Source: Octopus vulgaris
Taxonomy: Eukaryota
Assembly (NCBI GenBank): GCA_951406725.2
Contig: OX597820.1
Coordinates: forward strand, 79,918,001 to 79,982,000
Reading direction: 5' to 3'
Length of the DNA: 64,000 bases
In this document: positions 41,085 to 54,280 of the stretch, piece by piece
Layout of the letters: each line of letters opens with the position of its first letter
How positions within the stretch are numbered: position 1 is the stretch's first letter
The notes under the pieces: model-generated
The model's input: only the letters and a program-made list of their open reading frames with translations
Databases searched by the model: none
What the model was told of the DNA's origin: nothing
Position numbers and translations under genes: made by a program

Positions 41085-41585
41085 CTTCCAATCTAGGCAC
41101 AAGGCCCAAAATTTTGAGGAATGAGGCCAGTTGATTAGATTGACCCCTGTACGCAACTGGTACTTAATTTATTGACCCCGAAAGGATGAAAGGCAAAGTC
41201 GAAATACCTATTTCTTTATTACCCACAGAGGGGACAAACAAGGACAGAAATAGGTATTAAGTCGATTACATTGTTCCCAGTGTGTAACTGGTACTTAATT
41301 TATCGACCCCGAAAGGATGAAGGGCAAAGTCGACCTCGGCGGAATTTGAACTCAGAACATAAAGACAGACGAAACACTGCTAAGCATTTCGTCCGGCGTG
41401 CTAACGTTTCTGCCAGCTGGCCGCCTTTAAATTTTTTTTCGGCTATAGGCATAAGGCCTGAAATTTTAGGTGAACCGTACTTCTATCATCGATGAAAGAC
41501 GCAGACCGCCTCGGCTGCATTTGAGCTTGAAATGACGTTAAGTATTTTGTCCAGAATGATAACAATTCTGCCAGCTCGCCGCCTT
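41085..41585 (-). mobile_element. SINE family B cluster (41085-41427 with duplicated body; 41440-41585 partial)
   Basis: Two heads ('tgccagct..ccgcct') and repeated body motifs. Confidence 0.8.
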
Positions 41586-42462
41586 TATTCTGAGAAAAAG
41601 TATTATCACTCTGTCAGAAGTGAATTTCACGTAAAAACCTTAGATTTATTGGCAAAAATGTTGTAGTGAGAAATACTGGATTAGAATATAGCAAAGATAG
41701 TTTGATGTTTCGGTTTTGTATTTTGTTTGCAGGATTCTCGATATACACCGGGTGAGTTATAAAACAAATAAGCACACACTCACTGTTTATATTTCCCTTT
41801 TATTATTTGTTGAATATTTTACCAGTTAACTAATCGGTCAATCAATCAGCCAGTCCTTTCGCTGCCATTCAGTAACTCATCAATGATATATGGTGACGAA
41901 AGGACATCGAAAAACTAAGATAAATGATTGACAGGCAGAGAAATTAATCAAAGAATCGATTATTTAATTAGCTAAACGGTTAACTAATTAACAATTAAAA
42001 ATTAAAGAAGTGGAATAGAACCAGTGCGTGTGTTTATTATTGGCATAATGACCCTCCCGAGATACAAATGCAATTCTTAAAATTCCAAACATAATACAGA
42101 TAAAGTGTTCAGAAATTCTGAAAAGGCTATGTTTCTCCTCAGATATCTTTGTCTGCGATGTAAATAAAGTTTAAAAAAACAACAGTTTAAATTGGGGTAA
42201 TCTAGAGAATTTGAAGTTAAATGTATATAAAAACCTTAATCTATTGGCAAGATTGTAGTAGAGCATAATACTGGATTAAAATATAGCGAAGACTATTTGA
42301 CAGCAGTATTAATATGATTTCATAAGATTAAAAGTTTAAATGGATTCACAAATAGAATTATTTCCGGCAAAAAAGAAGCATTTGGTAAAACTTCAATCTA
42401 ATTTTAATTTGTTTTAATAATTGTGTGTGTTTTTTGTTGTTGATCTACGGATAAATCTTAAA

Positions 42463-42842
42463 CAGGAGTGTGTGGTAAGTAGCTTGCTTACCAACCACAT
42501 GGTTCCGGGTTCATTCCTACTGCGTGGCACCTTGGGCAAGTGTCTTCTACTATAGCCTCGCGCCGACCAAAGCCTTGTGAATGGAACTAGTAGACAGAAA
42601 CTGAAAGAAGTCCGTCGTATATATATATATATATATATGTATTTGTGTGTCTGTTTTTGTCCCCCCAACATTGCTTGACAACCAGTGCTGATGTGTTTAC
42701 GTCCCGTAACTTAGCGGTTCGGCAACAAAGACCGATAGAATAAGTACTAGGCTTCCAAAGAATAAGTCCTGGGGTCGATCTGCTCTACTAAAAGCGGTAC
42801 TCCAACATGGCTGCAGTCAAATGACTGAAGAGTAAAAGAGAT
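42463..42842 (+). mobile_element. SINE family A
   Basis: Nearly complete consensus. Confidence 0.88.
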
Positions 42843-42919
42843 AAAATAATTAAACTACAAGGGAATTGTTATAAAAGTAGAATTATTTTTCGTATATGTG
42901 TAGCGAAGGATAATAATTT

Positions 42920-43460
42920 GCGTTCACCTACCTAGGCCCCACAGTCGCCAACAATGGAAACCTGACCCTGGAAATCAACAGCAGATGCGGCCTGGTCGCC
43001 AGAATCAAGTACTCCCTATGGAAGCTCGTTTGGTACCACTGTTCTTTCTCCCGGAAAACGAAGCTTCGCATCTACAACGAGATGGGCCTTTCTGTTGTCC
43101 CCCATGGAGCAGAAACTAGGGCCCCTCACGAAGAGGATTGAGGACCATCAAGAACATTAGATGATGCCATTGCGTTTCCAACGAAGAATGTATGCGTGCA
43201 CGCAACAGTCAGCAGCCACCCTCCTGCCTCATAGTCATCCGCCGCAGCAGCCGCGGATGGGAGAGGTCTCGTAGTAGGTCCCGCAACAAATGGTAGGGCG
43301 TGATTAAAGAACATCTCCAGAGGCTCGATGTGACCTTGGAGGAAGCAGAGCGACTGGCACGTGACCACCTACGATGAGGGTTGCTGGTGGATCTGGTCAC
43401 CTCTACGTACGATGATGCCTCTGGGACCGCTAACCTGGGATGACCCCAGCCCCATCGAAT
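42920..43460 (+). pseudogene. RTE-clade LINE 3' fragment
   Basis: AFTYLG..VANNGNLTLEINSR..W....SRKTKLRIYN..LSVVPHGAET, then RSRSRSRNKW..LQRLDVTLEEAERLARD. Confidence 0.8.
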
Positions 43461-43616
43461 AAGAGCATAGAGAAAGAGAGAGAGAGAGAGAGGCGAGAGG
43501 GAGAAAGAGAGAGAGAAAGAGAGAGGGAGAGAGAGAAAGAGGGAGAAAGTGACATGTGCAGCACTTACGAAGCAAGTCTAGAAAATATACTTCCTTTTAT
43601 ATACATAGACACACAT

Positions 43617-43750
43617 ACCTACCTACCTACCTATCTACCTACCTACCTACCTACCTACCTACCTACCTACCTACCTACCTACCTACCTACATACATACAT
43701 ACATACATACCTACCTACCTACCTACCTACATACATGCATACATACATAA
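43617..43750. repeat. (CCTA)n/(CATA)n microsatellite
   Basis: Direct reading. Confidence 0.97.
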
Positions 43751-43769
43751 ACAAACACGCACACATATC

Positions 43770-43880
43770 CAATGAGCTTCCAGCCAGTTTCCGTCTACCA
43801 AATTCACTCACAAGACATTTCTGGACCCTGAGCTATAGTAGAAGGCGCTTACCTGAGGTGCTGTGCAGTGGGACTGAAGC
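43770..43880 (-). mobile_element. SINE family A fragment
   Basis: 'cagtttccgtctaccaaattcactcacaag'. Confidence 0.7.
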
Positions 43881-43926
43881 CTTGGAGGTACACAGTTATG
43901 TCTGCACTAAACTTTGCACCGATATA

Positions 43927-44729
43927 CTGTGTTGAATGAAAAGTCTTGCTATATTTTCGTAATTTATTTGCTTTATTTGTTAAATTGCAATAAATGCAGC
44001 TTAGCATTCAAAATAGAGGCCATCGTGTTGCACCGTCTGAAGACACCTTTCTGCCAGTCCTTTGCTCTCATGCTGACACCAGTTCGTGTACTTCGAAGCG
44101 TGCAGGAAGTGAGCCATGCATCAGAACAGGTAAAACTCCGAGGGAGATATTTTGCCACAATCCTCACGTGCTTAAGCAGCGGTTAAGCAAGGGCCAATCG
44201 CCAAAGATGGGTGTTTTGAAGACGAGATGATGCTCTGCGTTTGGTGGGTTTATGAGAGGATAATTCATTAAGAGTTCGTTCAACCATCGGTGCCAATCTG
44301 TGCTCCGTACAGTTGGAGCGGATGTATGTCATTGTTCGGCAAAAATACCTGGCATTTGGTTAACAGAAAGCAGGCCATTCTGCAACAAGACGACACAAGA
44401 TTTCATACCACTTGAACAACTCGGAATAAACTTCGAGGGAATCGAACTGTTGCCACACCCGTCATATAGTCCAAATTTAGCTCCCTTGAATTATTACTTC
44501 TGATCCATAGCTCACTTCCTGCCCTCACGACGCTTCATCAACCAAGCAGAGGTGGAAGCCGCAATGAAGGAGTTATTGGTCTCGTGAACAAGAACTGGTA
44601 TCAAAGAAGTGGCTTCGGACAGTGCAACACGACGACCTTTATTCTGAATACTAGGTTGCTTTCTGTTGTAACTTGAGCAATAAAGCAAATAAGTTACCAA
44701 AATATTGCAAAACTTTGGGCTCAAGACAA
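43927..44729. mobile_element. Mariner-derived element built from two inverted 3' ends
   Basis: TA flanks; inverted arms over 120 bp. The + arm has LCVWW..LLPHPSYSPNLAPLNYYF; the - arm has ..LQTVQHDGLYFEC*. Confidence 0.8.
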
Positions 44730-44849
44730 TATTTTATAGACACAAACATATAAGCATTAAATATATGTCCTGAACTTTCCCCAAATATTTCTTATAATTT
44801 TATTTATCACTCAATTTACATGTGTAATAATTAGTATATAAATCAACTT

Positions 44850-45094
44850 AAACTTAGCATTCTTATTGTTGAGAAATCATTATACCAGAATAGTAGAATA
44901 GTAGGTTTAGCACGGTAGTTACACTGTGACAACAACCAGTATATGCCACAGCATCTTCCGTATACGTACATACATACATACATACATACATACATACATA
45001 CATACATAGTTGTTGATGTTGAAATTCCAATGATGGTCAGAAACTGTTTCTTTCTCTATTGGCAAGAAATCTTGAAATAAAACTGAACAATGAC
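44850..45094 (+). repeat. Composite repeat (unique ~120 bp + (TACA)n + RLE-element 3' UTR), copy 1
   Basis: Nearly identical to 51311-51560; the 3' UTR part matches 4416-4515. Confidence 0.8.
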
Positions 45095-45135
45095 ATACAT
45101 ACATGCATACATGCATATATACATGTATATATATG

Positions 45136-45438
45136 CCGACCAATGCCTTGTGAGTGGATTTGGTAGACGGAAACTGAAAGAAGCCTGTCGTATATATGTA
45201 TATGTATGTATGTGTATGTGTGTGTTTGTGTGTCTGTGTTTGTCCCCCTAGCATTGCTTGACAACCGATGCTGGTGTGTTTACATCCCCGTAACTTAGCG
45301 GTTCGGCAAAAGAGACCAATAGAATAAGTACTGGGCTTACAAAGAATAAGTCCCGGGGTCGATTTGCTCGACTAAAGGCGGTGCTCCAGCATGGCCGCAG
45401 TCAAATGACTGAAACAAGTAGAAGAGTAAAGAGTAAAG
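45136..45438 (+). mobile_element. SINE family A, 5'-truncated, low divergence
   Basis: Near-consensus core and tail. Confidence 0.88.
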
Positions 45439-46342
45439 ATATATATATATATATGAATATTGTTGAAATTACGTTACATATGTTTCTATAAAATGTTTAT
45501 ATATTTTTTTATTAATGTATTACATCATATAATCACTTAACCAGATCATTTCATCAGACACGTTTGTACACTTGACAAATATATTGGTTGGAGTTAGTTC
45601 CCAGGGCTGCATAAATCTCTACCACTTGATATGTGTGTGCGCGCGCGTGTGTGTGTTTTTATGTTTGTGTATGTATGTGTGTGCTTGCGTGCGAGTGCAT
45701 ATGTATGTACATACATGCAAAATTTTATAGCTCGCTTCTCAGAAAGAAAGGAAAACTATTAGTATTACTCATTATTTACTTGCAAATAGTCTGTTGACGA
45801 ATTACACTTGTAACTATCAACTGTAAACGAAATCAAATTTCTTTCGTCAGATCTCTTATTACTCCGGCATCTTCATATCACAAACAGTACATATATAAGA
45901 TTAGCTTATGAAAAGTTCTTGTATACAAAGGTAGGTGGACAACAGTAGAAAAAGTAAACAAGAAAAACTTCTCAGTCAGCTGACACTGAAGCTTTTAGAA
46001 GGCAATTATTATATTTCCCGAGTTAGTTGATCCAATAATGAACTCTGAATAAACACTGACATGGGAATTATATGAAAAAAGAAATTATATTACGTATTGA
46101 TCTGGAATAGATTTTGAAGGTATAAAGCAATAAAATGAATAACAACGAAGTGAATAGTACATACACATTCATATGTGTGTGTGTGCATGTGTATTAATAG
46201 ATTTGTATATGTTTGTCTATATATATATATATGTATGTATGTATGTATATATATATACATACATATGTATGTATGTATATATATATATACATACATATAT
46301 ATATGTATGTATGTATTTACATACATACATATATATATATGA

Positions 46343-46407
<65 letters not shown>

Positions 46408-47059
46408 TAACCACACATACGGCCATTATTGATATACTAACATTTTAAAAGAACATAGGAACATAGGTCAAGAGGAAGTTATCCGGTGTACAAGATTAAG
46501 TAATCTAGTAGAAAAGAAAACCAGCTAACGTTGCATCTGATATTTACATTGATTGCTAACTTTGTGTGAAGAACTGTTACAAAATATGCGATATTTTGGG
46601 GAATATTGTATGGGTTCATCTTACAAACATTCATATAGAAAGATGTACAGAAATTGGCATAAATACACAAACGTATAATGTATTTACTATATGAGAAACG
46701 GATCGTTACATTAGAGATGTAATACAGAAATATCTAAACGGGATATCATTGCGTTTCTAACAAAATAGAATAGACTTTTTTTCTCTTACCGCTTCTCTTT
46801 TTAACGTTGTTGAAAAACAATTTCATTTGCTATTTATTTTCTACCAAAGTATGATATTACATATTTACACAGGAGAAGGACAAAAGCTTGTGACGCTTAA
46901 TACATTTATACTTAGTGAATTTATCTGTCATCGGAAATTCAAATGTTTCGGTTCACAAGAATGTTTTCTGTTCGAGAGTGAACCCAGTATCTACACAGTA
47001 TGATCAATAAAACATAGGTTGTATTGAAAGTAATGCAATAGCGTGTATAACTGACATTG

Positions 47060-47355
47060 TTTGACTTTAGGTTTTCGTCCCTTTTGGGAAATAGGAAATC
47101 GACGACTTTTCTCCATTATTTCCGACTCTAGGTCTTGCTGGTTTTGAGTTGTCATTGAGGCATCTGTAACTTTGCATTCTTTCTGGATAGAGGTGTTGGC
47201 CCTACACAAACCTATTTTTACCTTTGGTAAGAGGTAACCCATGTTAATCTGGCTCAGATCTTTGACCTGTTCATCATGGGAGGCCCTATCAGGAGCATGC
47301 ACTTGGCTGACATAGCTTCAAGAATCACTGAGGAACACAGCCATCACATTGCAGC
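47060..47355 (-). mobile_element. Decayed RTE-clade 5' UTR
   Basis: 'ctcagtgattcttgaagctatgtc..gctcctgatagggcctcccatgatgaacaggtcaaag..gagccaga' resembles RTE 5' UTRs. Confidence 0.55.
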
Positions 47356-47479
47356 AAGGACTCAACCTTTTTGGACTCAACCTTTTTGTGGTATAACTGA
47401 CTTACGGCGTTCAAATTGCACAAGCTTGTTGAGTAATTCTTCTTGCGTAAATCTTCCTCTATACCAAGCTACTATTTAA

Positions 47480-47762
47480 CATCACATGATCACGTGATGA
47501 CCTAGACTATCGAATGTTGTACATCGCTAGTCACAATGCACTTTGCACCGTTTAGCTTTCGAATGATGTCACTTTACAGGCTAGGTGAGCAGGCCAACAT
47601 TCCTTTGATGATCTCAGGGTGACCCCTTTACAACCGAGTGGACTGGAGCAACGTGGAAAGAATTGTTTTGCTCTAGAACACAACGCGTAGCCAGTCTGGG
47701 AATCGAAACCACGACCAGGATCGTGAGTGTAACATGCTTAACTACGAGGCAACACGCCTTCA
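47480..47762 (-). mobile_element. Family C-related SINE
   Basis: B-box-like GGTTTCGATTCCC; homologous to 17400-17692. Confidence 0.7.
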
Positions 47763-47764
47763 GA

Positions 47765-47960
47765 TTTTAAATATGGTCTCCTTTAATAGCGATGCATTTT
47801 CACAGTCGTTGAATCGTCTTTGATAAGAATTTAAGTGCGCACTTTTGTACCCGTTTCTTCACAGCCATTTTCACCTATTCTTTGTCATCAACTCGTTGCT
47901 ATCCACGAAACTGTCTTTCAGTAGACCGAACAGGCAGAAGCTGGAGAATGCCAGATTCGA
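47765..47960 (-). pseudogene. Mariner transposase C-terminal fragment
   Basis: NLAFSSFCLFGLLKD..VKMAVKK..KCIAIKGDHI. Confidence 0.6.
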
Positions 47961-48084
47961 TCAATCTGGTGCTGGAGAATCACTGACCAACTCAAACTTG
48001 CCGTTTGGCGTCAGAATGTAAAGGGACGTAACTCTGACATTTAGAATACCAAGACTGCTACTTCTAGCTCCCCGATGGTTTCTC

Positions 48085-48320
48085 GTGAAGGTACCCAGTA
48101 GTGACTTAGTAGTTATGGCATTGCACTGACGATCACGAGATTGCGGTTTCGATTCCCGGAGCGGGTGGCGTGTTGTGTTTTTGAGCAAAGCACTTTATTT
48201 CACGTTGCTTCAATCCCTCATCTGTAAATCAATAACCAGCGATGGGCTGGTGTCCCGTTCAGGAGCGATGTTTAGGTCTCGGTTACTTATATGCCATGGG
48301 AACCAGGTAACCGGCTCCAT
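48085..48320 (+). mobile_element. tRNA-derived SINE, family C-like head with a distinct tail
   Basis: GGTTTCGATTCCC, 'ttgagcaaagcacttta', tail 'gcgatgggctggtgtcccgttcagg'. Confidence 0.7.
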
Positions 48321-48804
48321 CAGTCGTGGGACACTAGACATTACTCATTTTTGGTCTCCTCATTGACAAAATCAAGTTTACAGTCTGAGGAATAACAGAA
48401 TCGGTAGAGTATTGAATAAAACACGTTGCGTTAGGTAACTGTGTCCAAGAATATTCTTATGGCTAGATCCCTTTGCTGGATACATAAAAAAGATGGGGTG
48501 GCCACGGTTGGAAAATATTTTATTATTATAGGTTTATTCAATTTGAGTTGACCTGGTGTTAAACGACATTAATCTACATTTTGCAACTTGTTTTAGTTTT
48601 ATTGTTTTCACGTCAAATGGAATTATTATCAACTTTAATTTTCACATTCCTCATTTTCCCCACACTTCTTTATCTAGCTTTAAAACAATCTATATTTGTT
48701 GGGGCAGCTCTCATAGTTTTATTTTCCTCCAGCTTTAGGACTCATAAGCGCGGACACCCGGTTTCCGTAGCATGTGAGTGACCGAGACACCACCATTCTC
48801 TCAT

Positions 48805-49003
48805 TGCAGGGCCCAGAGCCAGCAATGTTTGAGGGGAAGGGACAATTCGATCATATCGACACCAGTACTTGACTAGTACTTTATTTCATGATGCAGTAAA
48901 AAGTAAAAGCAAAGTTAATCTCGGCAGGATTTGAACTCAGAACGTAAAGAGCTGGAAAAAGATAAAAAGGGCCCACGCGTTAACAACCCTGCCAGCCTAC
49001 CGC
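48805..49003 (-). mobile_element. Diverged SINE family B
   Basis: 'ctcggcaggatttgaactcagaacgtaaag'. Confidence 0.7.
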
Positions 49004-49130
49004 GATTTTCAAACATTGAAAATATCTATATAGTAAAGTACGATTAATCCAACATTAGCAGGAACTTGGTAGCAATGACTTATTGAAAACGCCTTCGGTG
49101 GGTTAGGGTTCAATGGAGTTGAAACAAACA

Positions 49131-49347
49131 CTCTTTACTCTTTTACTCTTATATTTGTTTCAGTCATTTGACTGTGGCCATGCTGGAGCACCGCCTTTAG
49201 TCGAGCAAATCGACCCCGGGACTTATTCTTTGTAAGCCTAGTACTTATTCTATCGGTCTCTCTTGACGAACCGCTAAGTTTACGGGGACGTAAAATACTA
49301 GCATCGGTTGTCAAGCGATGTTGGGACGACAAACACAGCCACAAACA

Positions 49348-49399
<52 letters not shown>

Positions 49400-49588
49400 T
49401 ATATATATATATACACATATATACGACGAGCTTCTTTCAGTTTCCGTCTACCAAATCCACTCACAAGGCTTTGGTCGGCCCGGGGCTATAGTAGAAGACA
49501 CTTACACAAGGTGTCACGCAGTGGGACTGAACCTGAAACCATGTGGTTCGTAAGCAAGCTACTTGCCACACAGTCGCCCCTACGCCTA
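49131..49588 (-). mobile_element. SINE family A, full length
   Basis: Complete head-core-tail on the minus strand. Confidence 0.9.
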
Positions 49589-49774
49589 GAAACACATATC
49601 TGAATTTTTCAGTATTTGCTTTGTTCTGTTCCCTAAAAGGACTTAAGTTTACGAAAGCCATGTTGTATTCCATCATCCTTAAGCCACTCAACTGAAGACA
49701 CACGAGCCTCCGCAACACCTACACCATCTATGAAATTGTTTTACCTTTTCAGTATCAATTATCTCTAAACTCAA

Positions 49775-50168
49775 AGGCGGCGAGCTGGCAGAATCGTTAG
49801 TACGTTGGGCGAAGTGCTTAGCGGTATTTCGTCTGCCGTTACGTCCTGAGTTCAAATTCCACCGAGGTCGACTTTGCCTTTCATCCTTTCGGGGTTGATT
49901 AAATAAGTACCAGTTACGCAAGTTGTGCGATTATTATCGACTTAATCCGTTTGTCTGTCCTTGTTTGTCCTCTCTTTGTTTAGCCTCTTGTGAGTAGTAA
50001 AGAAATAGGTATTTCGTCTGTCTTTACATTCTGAGTTCAAATTCCGCCGAGGTCGACTTCAATCCATTCGGGGGATCGATAAATGAAGTACCAGTTGCGT
50101 ACTGGATCCGATCTAATCGACTGACCCACCTCCCCCAAAATTTTGGGCCTTGTGCCTAGAGAAGAAAT
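49775..50168 (+). mobile_element. SINE family B with duplicated body
   Basis: Head GGCGGCGAGCTGGCAGAATCGTTAG; B box GAGTTCAAATTCC present twice. Confidence 0.88.
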
Positions 50169-50933
50169 ATATTTTATCTAAACTGAGTAAATCTCGATTC
50201 GTTTGCCACTAAAATACTCGACACTACATCCACTTCTGCAAATTTTGATTATAAGTTGGCCAGACAGAAACACGTTTACTTTTCCTTCAATCAGTCGTAA
50301 ATTCAATTAACTGGTCCTCTTGTTTCTTAATGTCATTAATTAATAAAGGGCGTATTATAATCTCACATGACAGTGTTCCGATTTCCATCTCTTTCCAGAG
50401 GTTATATTAATTTTCTTGTGCAATGCTTGAGTTACATGTCTTCTTTCCGGGTATTTGTGGTTACTGTAGCTGAAGTCGGAAATAATTTTCACCAATATAT
50501 CGATAAAGTCATATACAAAACGCTGTACCTTAAGATTTGAACTTATATAAAAACTGCATTGTTGGCGACCAGTGACGGCACTTCGCCAAACACGCTGACG
50601 CATAAAAAAAGTTCCGGATGATCGATTCTGCTAGAATATTAGATACAAGTTAATGAAATTGCTCGAATTTTTTAGTTCTTTCATTGCCCTCATCTCTTAA
50701 CTAATGTGTGTAGGGAAATGGAGAATGAGGTTGAAACGAATGCAGGGAATTTTTTGCCTCTAAACCAGCAAAATGGTGTCAGCGTGGAACAGAGCTTCTG
50801 GCACCACAATGGTAACGAACAATAGACTATGATGGGGAAAAATTCTGATGAGTAACTGCTTTTCGTATGTAATTTGTTTGGAACTAATAATTAAAGCTTG
50901 AAGTACGAAAAAAGTTTTAATTCAATCTGGTAC

Positions 50934-50939
<6 letters not shown>

Positions 50940-51017
<78 letters not shown>

Positions 51018-51018
51018 G

Positions 51019-51062
<44 letters not shown>
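50940..51062. repeat. (AAT)n microsatellite
   Basis: Direct reading. Confidence 0.98.
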
Positions 51063-51063
<1 letters not shown>

Positions 51064-51235
51064 TAGTTGTACGAAAAAAATTGTTATCAATACGCTGATG
51101 ACAATGTTCTAAAAATGAGAACTCTCAAAATACCTGGAAAATATATGTCGAAAACAAAAAATTCCATCTAGTAGGTGCATAGGATGATAAAAATATAGAC
51201 AAATACATAAAAACACAGACTACAAACAACTAGAA

Positions 51236-51299
<64 letters not shown>

Positions 51300-51310
51300 T
51301 TAGCGAGTAT

Positions 51311-51560
51311 AAACTTAGCATTCTTATTGTTGAGAAATCATCATACCAGAATAGCAGAATAGTTTAGCACGGTAGTTACACTGTGACAACAACCAGCATA
51401 TGTCATAGCATTTTCCATATACATACATACATACATACATACATACATACATACATACATACATACATACATACATACATACATAGTTGTTGATGTTGAA
51501 ATTCCAATGATGGTTAGAAACTGATTCTTTCTCTAGTGGCAAGAAATCTTGAAATAAAAG
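51311..51560 (+). repeat. Composite repeat, copy 2
   Basis: See 44850-45094. Confidence 0.8.
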
Positions 51561-52170
51561 TGGTTTTGCATAATAGTGGTTTTTCTCTAATATATATATA
51601 TATACATATATATACATGTTGTGCGCGCGCGTATGTGCGTGTACATGTGGGCATAAATACACATACACACACAAGTACTCGTACATTTTTACATACAAAA
51701 TGCATACATGCATTGCCTGTACACACAGCACTTAAGTGGCACGAAAATAACAACGATTACGGCTTCCACTTTCAACTCAACGTTTCTATATTTTAAATCA
51801 ACACAAAACTATTTTCGTTTCTCTGACTGCGTCAAATATTTCGAAATTTCCTTCTTCTTTTTGAAAATAACGATTCCTTATTTGTACTGTGACAACATTC
51901 TGTCAGCTTTGAAGTGATTCTCTTGATGTTTCCTCGCTTCTAATTCTGAATGATTTGATGAAACATTTCTATTTGAATATTAAAATATATATAATGCTAG
52001 TTATAATATTTTTTTCCTCTTTCTATAACTCATGATGGAGAAACCAGTGGCGATGGTGAGAGTATTCTAAGATAGAGAGAGAGAAAGAGGGAGAAGTATT
52101 ATGAAGATTGGTCGTTTAGATAGATAGATATTTAGATAGATATATATTTAGATAAATAGATAGATAGATA

Positions 52171-52222
<52 letters not shown>

Positions 52223-52946
52223 GAGAGAGAGAGAGATGGATGGATGGATGGATAGACAGATGGATAGCTAGCTAGCTAGATAGACAGACAGGCAGACAGA
52301 TGGTTAGCTAGACTGATATTTAGATAAATAGATAGATAGATGGACAGATAGATAGACAGACAGACAGATGGGCAGATAGATAGATGGATAAATATTTAGA
52401 TAGATAGATAGATAGATAGATAAATAAATAAATACATGGATTGATAGATAGATATCGGTAGATAGATTGGCGGTGAACTAACAGCTTGTGGGCAATTAAA
52501 TGATTTGGCAATTAAATAAAGTAAAGAGTAGAAAAAAATATTCATACTAATTATGGCGAAGTAAATACATACATATAAACATACATACACACTCACATAC
52601 AGACATACAGACGTACATATACATACATAACGTACGTACATATGTACATGCATATCTACAGATGTACGGCAGGCAAGCGATTTAATTTGAGGTCGTCTAT
52701 TGTAACTTAACAAGAAACATATCAGTCATTAAAGAAAGCAAAATGTCTTCTAACTTCATTTAAACATGTATTTTTTGATGTGGAAGTTATGATGTGGAAG
52801 TTATGTGGAAGTTATGCGATCTGGTCATTGATACGGTTCTACAGCAATTTTTTAAATTGCTCTTTTGTATTTTGAGAGGAGCAGACGTGATACTAGGAAA
52901 TGAGACAAGTATAGAAAAGGATCGAAGAAAGATAGAAAAAAAGAAT

Positions 52947-52978
<32 letters not shown>

Positions 52979-53194
52979 TGAGAAAGAAAAATAGTGTTTG
53001 ATATTGAAATCATAGAAAGAGCTACTGAGAAATCAACAAAAGTGTAAAATTTGAGATAAAAAAGAGCAGGGAGTAGTACACACAACCTCACACACACACA
53101 CACACACATATATATATTTATATATATATTTATATTTATTTATATATATATGTGCGTGTGTATGCATACATACAAACATACATACATACATACG

Positions 53195-53244
<50 letters not shown>

Positions 53245-53301
53245 AACACACACACATACATATATGTATACACGTGTATGTATGTATGTATGTATGTATG
53301 T

Positions 53302-53345
<44 letters not shown>

Positions 53346-53738
53346 ACTGATAGACAGACAGATAAATAAGGAGGCTGAGCGAAAGATAAAAATAGATAGA
53401 AAGATACGTAGACATATAAATAGAAAAAAGAAAATAATAATGAAGAAAGAAGCTTCTTGCATCATTAAAATGAATGAAATGGAATGGTTGAATTTAACGA
53501 TAGAAAAAATAGTGTAAAAGACGAACTGAGAATACACGAAGAAAATGGATCGAAGCTGGTAGAAAAAAGCATTTTCAAGAATTGCTGAATGAAAACAAAT
53601 AAAGTGCATCAATTTTGACGAATAAACGCTTTTCAATCTTAAATAATTTATTTTCTCTTTCTTGCGAAAATTTTTGTCACCCATCTCTCAAACCGAACTC
53701 ATTTTATAATCATTTTTACCTATGCGTGTGTATGTATA

Positions 53739-54280
53739 TGATTGTTCAGTTTTATTTCATGATTTCTTGCAAATAGAGAAAGAACCGGTTTGTAACCTAG
53801 ATACAAGTCTTCTGCATTGGAATATCAGCATCAACAACAAGGTATTTTTGTATGTATGTATGTTTTACAGATTTTTACAGTTCCAGTGATGGATTGGATC
53901 TGTAGTCTTCGAATTAGCTTTTCTCCTTTCTGGTTTTGAGAAGCCTAATTTCTCAAGATTATTATTTAGGCAGTGTTACATATTCCAGGGCCCTAATAAT
54001 TACTGGTATAAACCTGAACTTGTAATCTGGATAGAGAGAGTAACTGCAGATTCCTCAATAGTTCAGCATAGGTGTTACCTTGTCCACCCATCTTCAGCTT
54101 TATGTTAACATCCGCTGGGCCGCTAATTTCCATAACTATGCACAGTTTCTCTTTTTTATCTCAAATCATTATATTAGGTCTGTTGTGTTTACATTTTATT
54201 GAGGTCGTCACTGGTACATTCCACATGTATTCCTTTTTATTATGAGTGGCTATCGCTTCTACTATACTCTGAGTTCTTAA
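53739..54280 (-). mobile_element. 5'-truncated RLE-type retrotransposon (longest copy of the TACA-associated family)
   Basis: EYMWNVPVTTSIKCKHNRPNIMI*DKKEKLCIVMEISGPADVNIKLK contains the RLE RPD..E motif; the 3' UTR matches 4416-4515; TACA-type flanks. Confidence 0.8.

Noticed and set aside
47060-47355. HDV-like ribozyme expected in RTE 5' UTRs (also 20400-20752 and 20956)
   Set aside because: I could not build a nested double pseudoknot by eye; the copies are too decayed.
50355-50660. Non-repetitive minus-strand ORF as a possible host exon (likewise 15727-15963, 26639-26866, 37561-38081)
   Set aside because: No recognisable domain and no convincing splice-site pair; cannot be excluded without RNA-seq.
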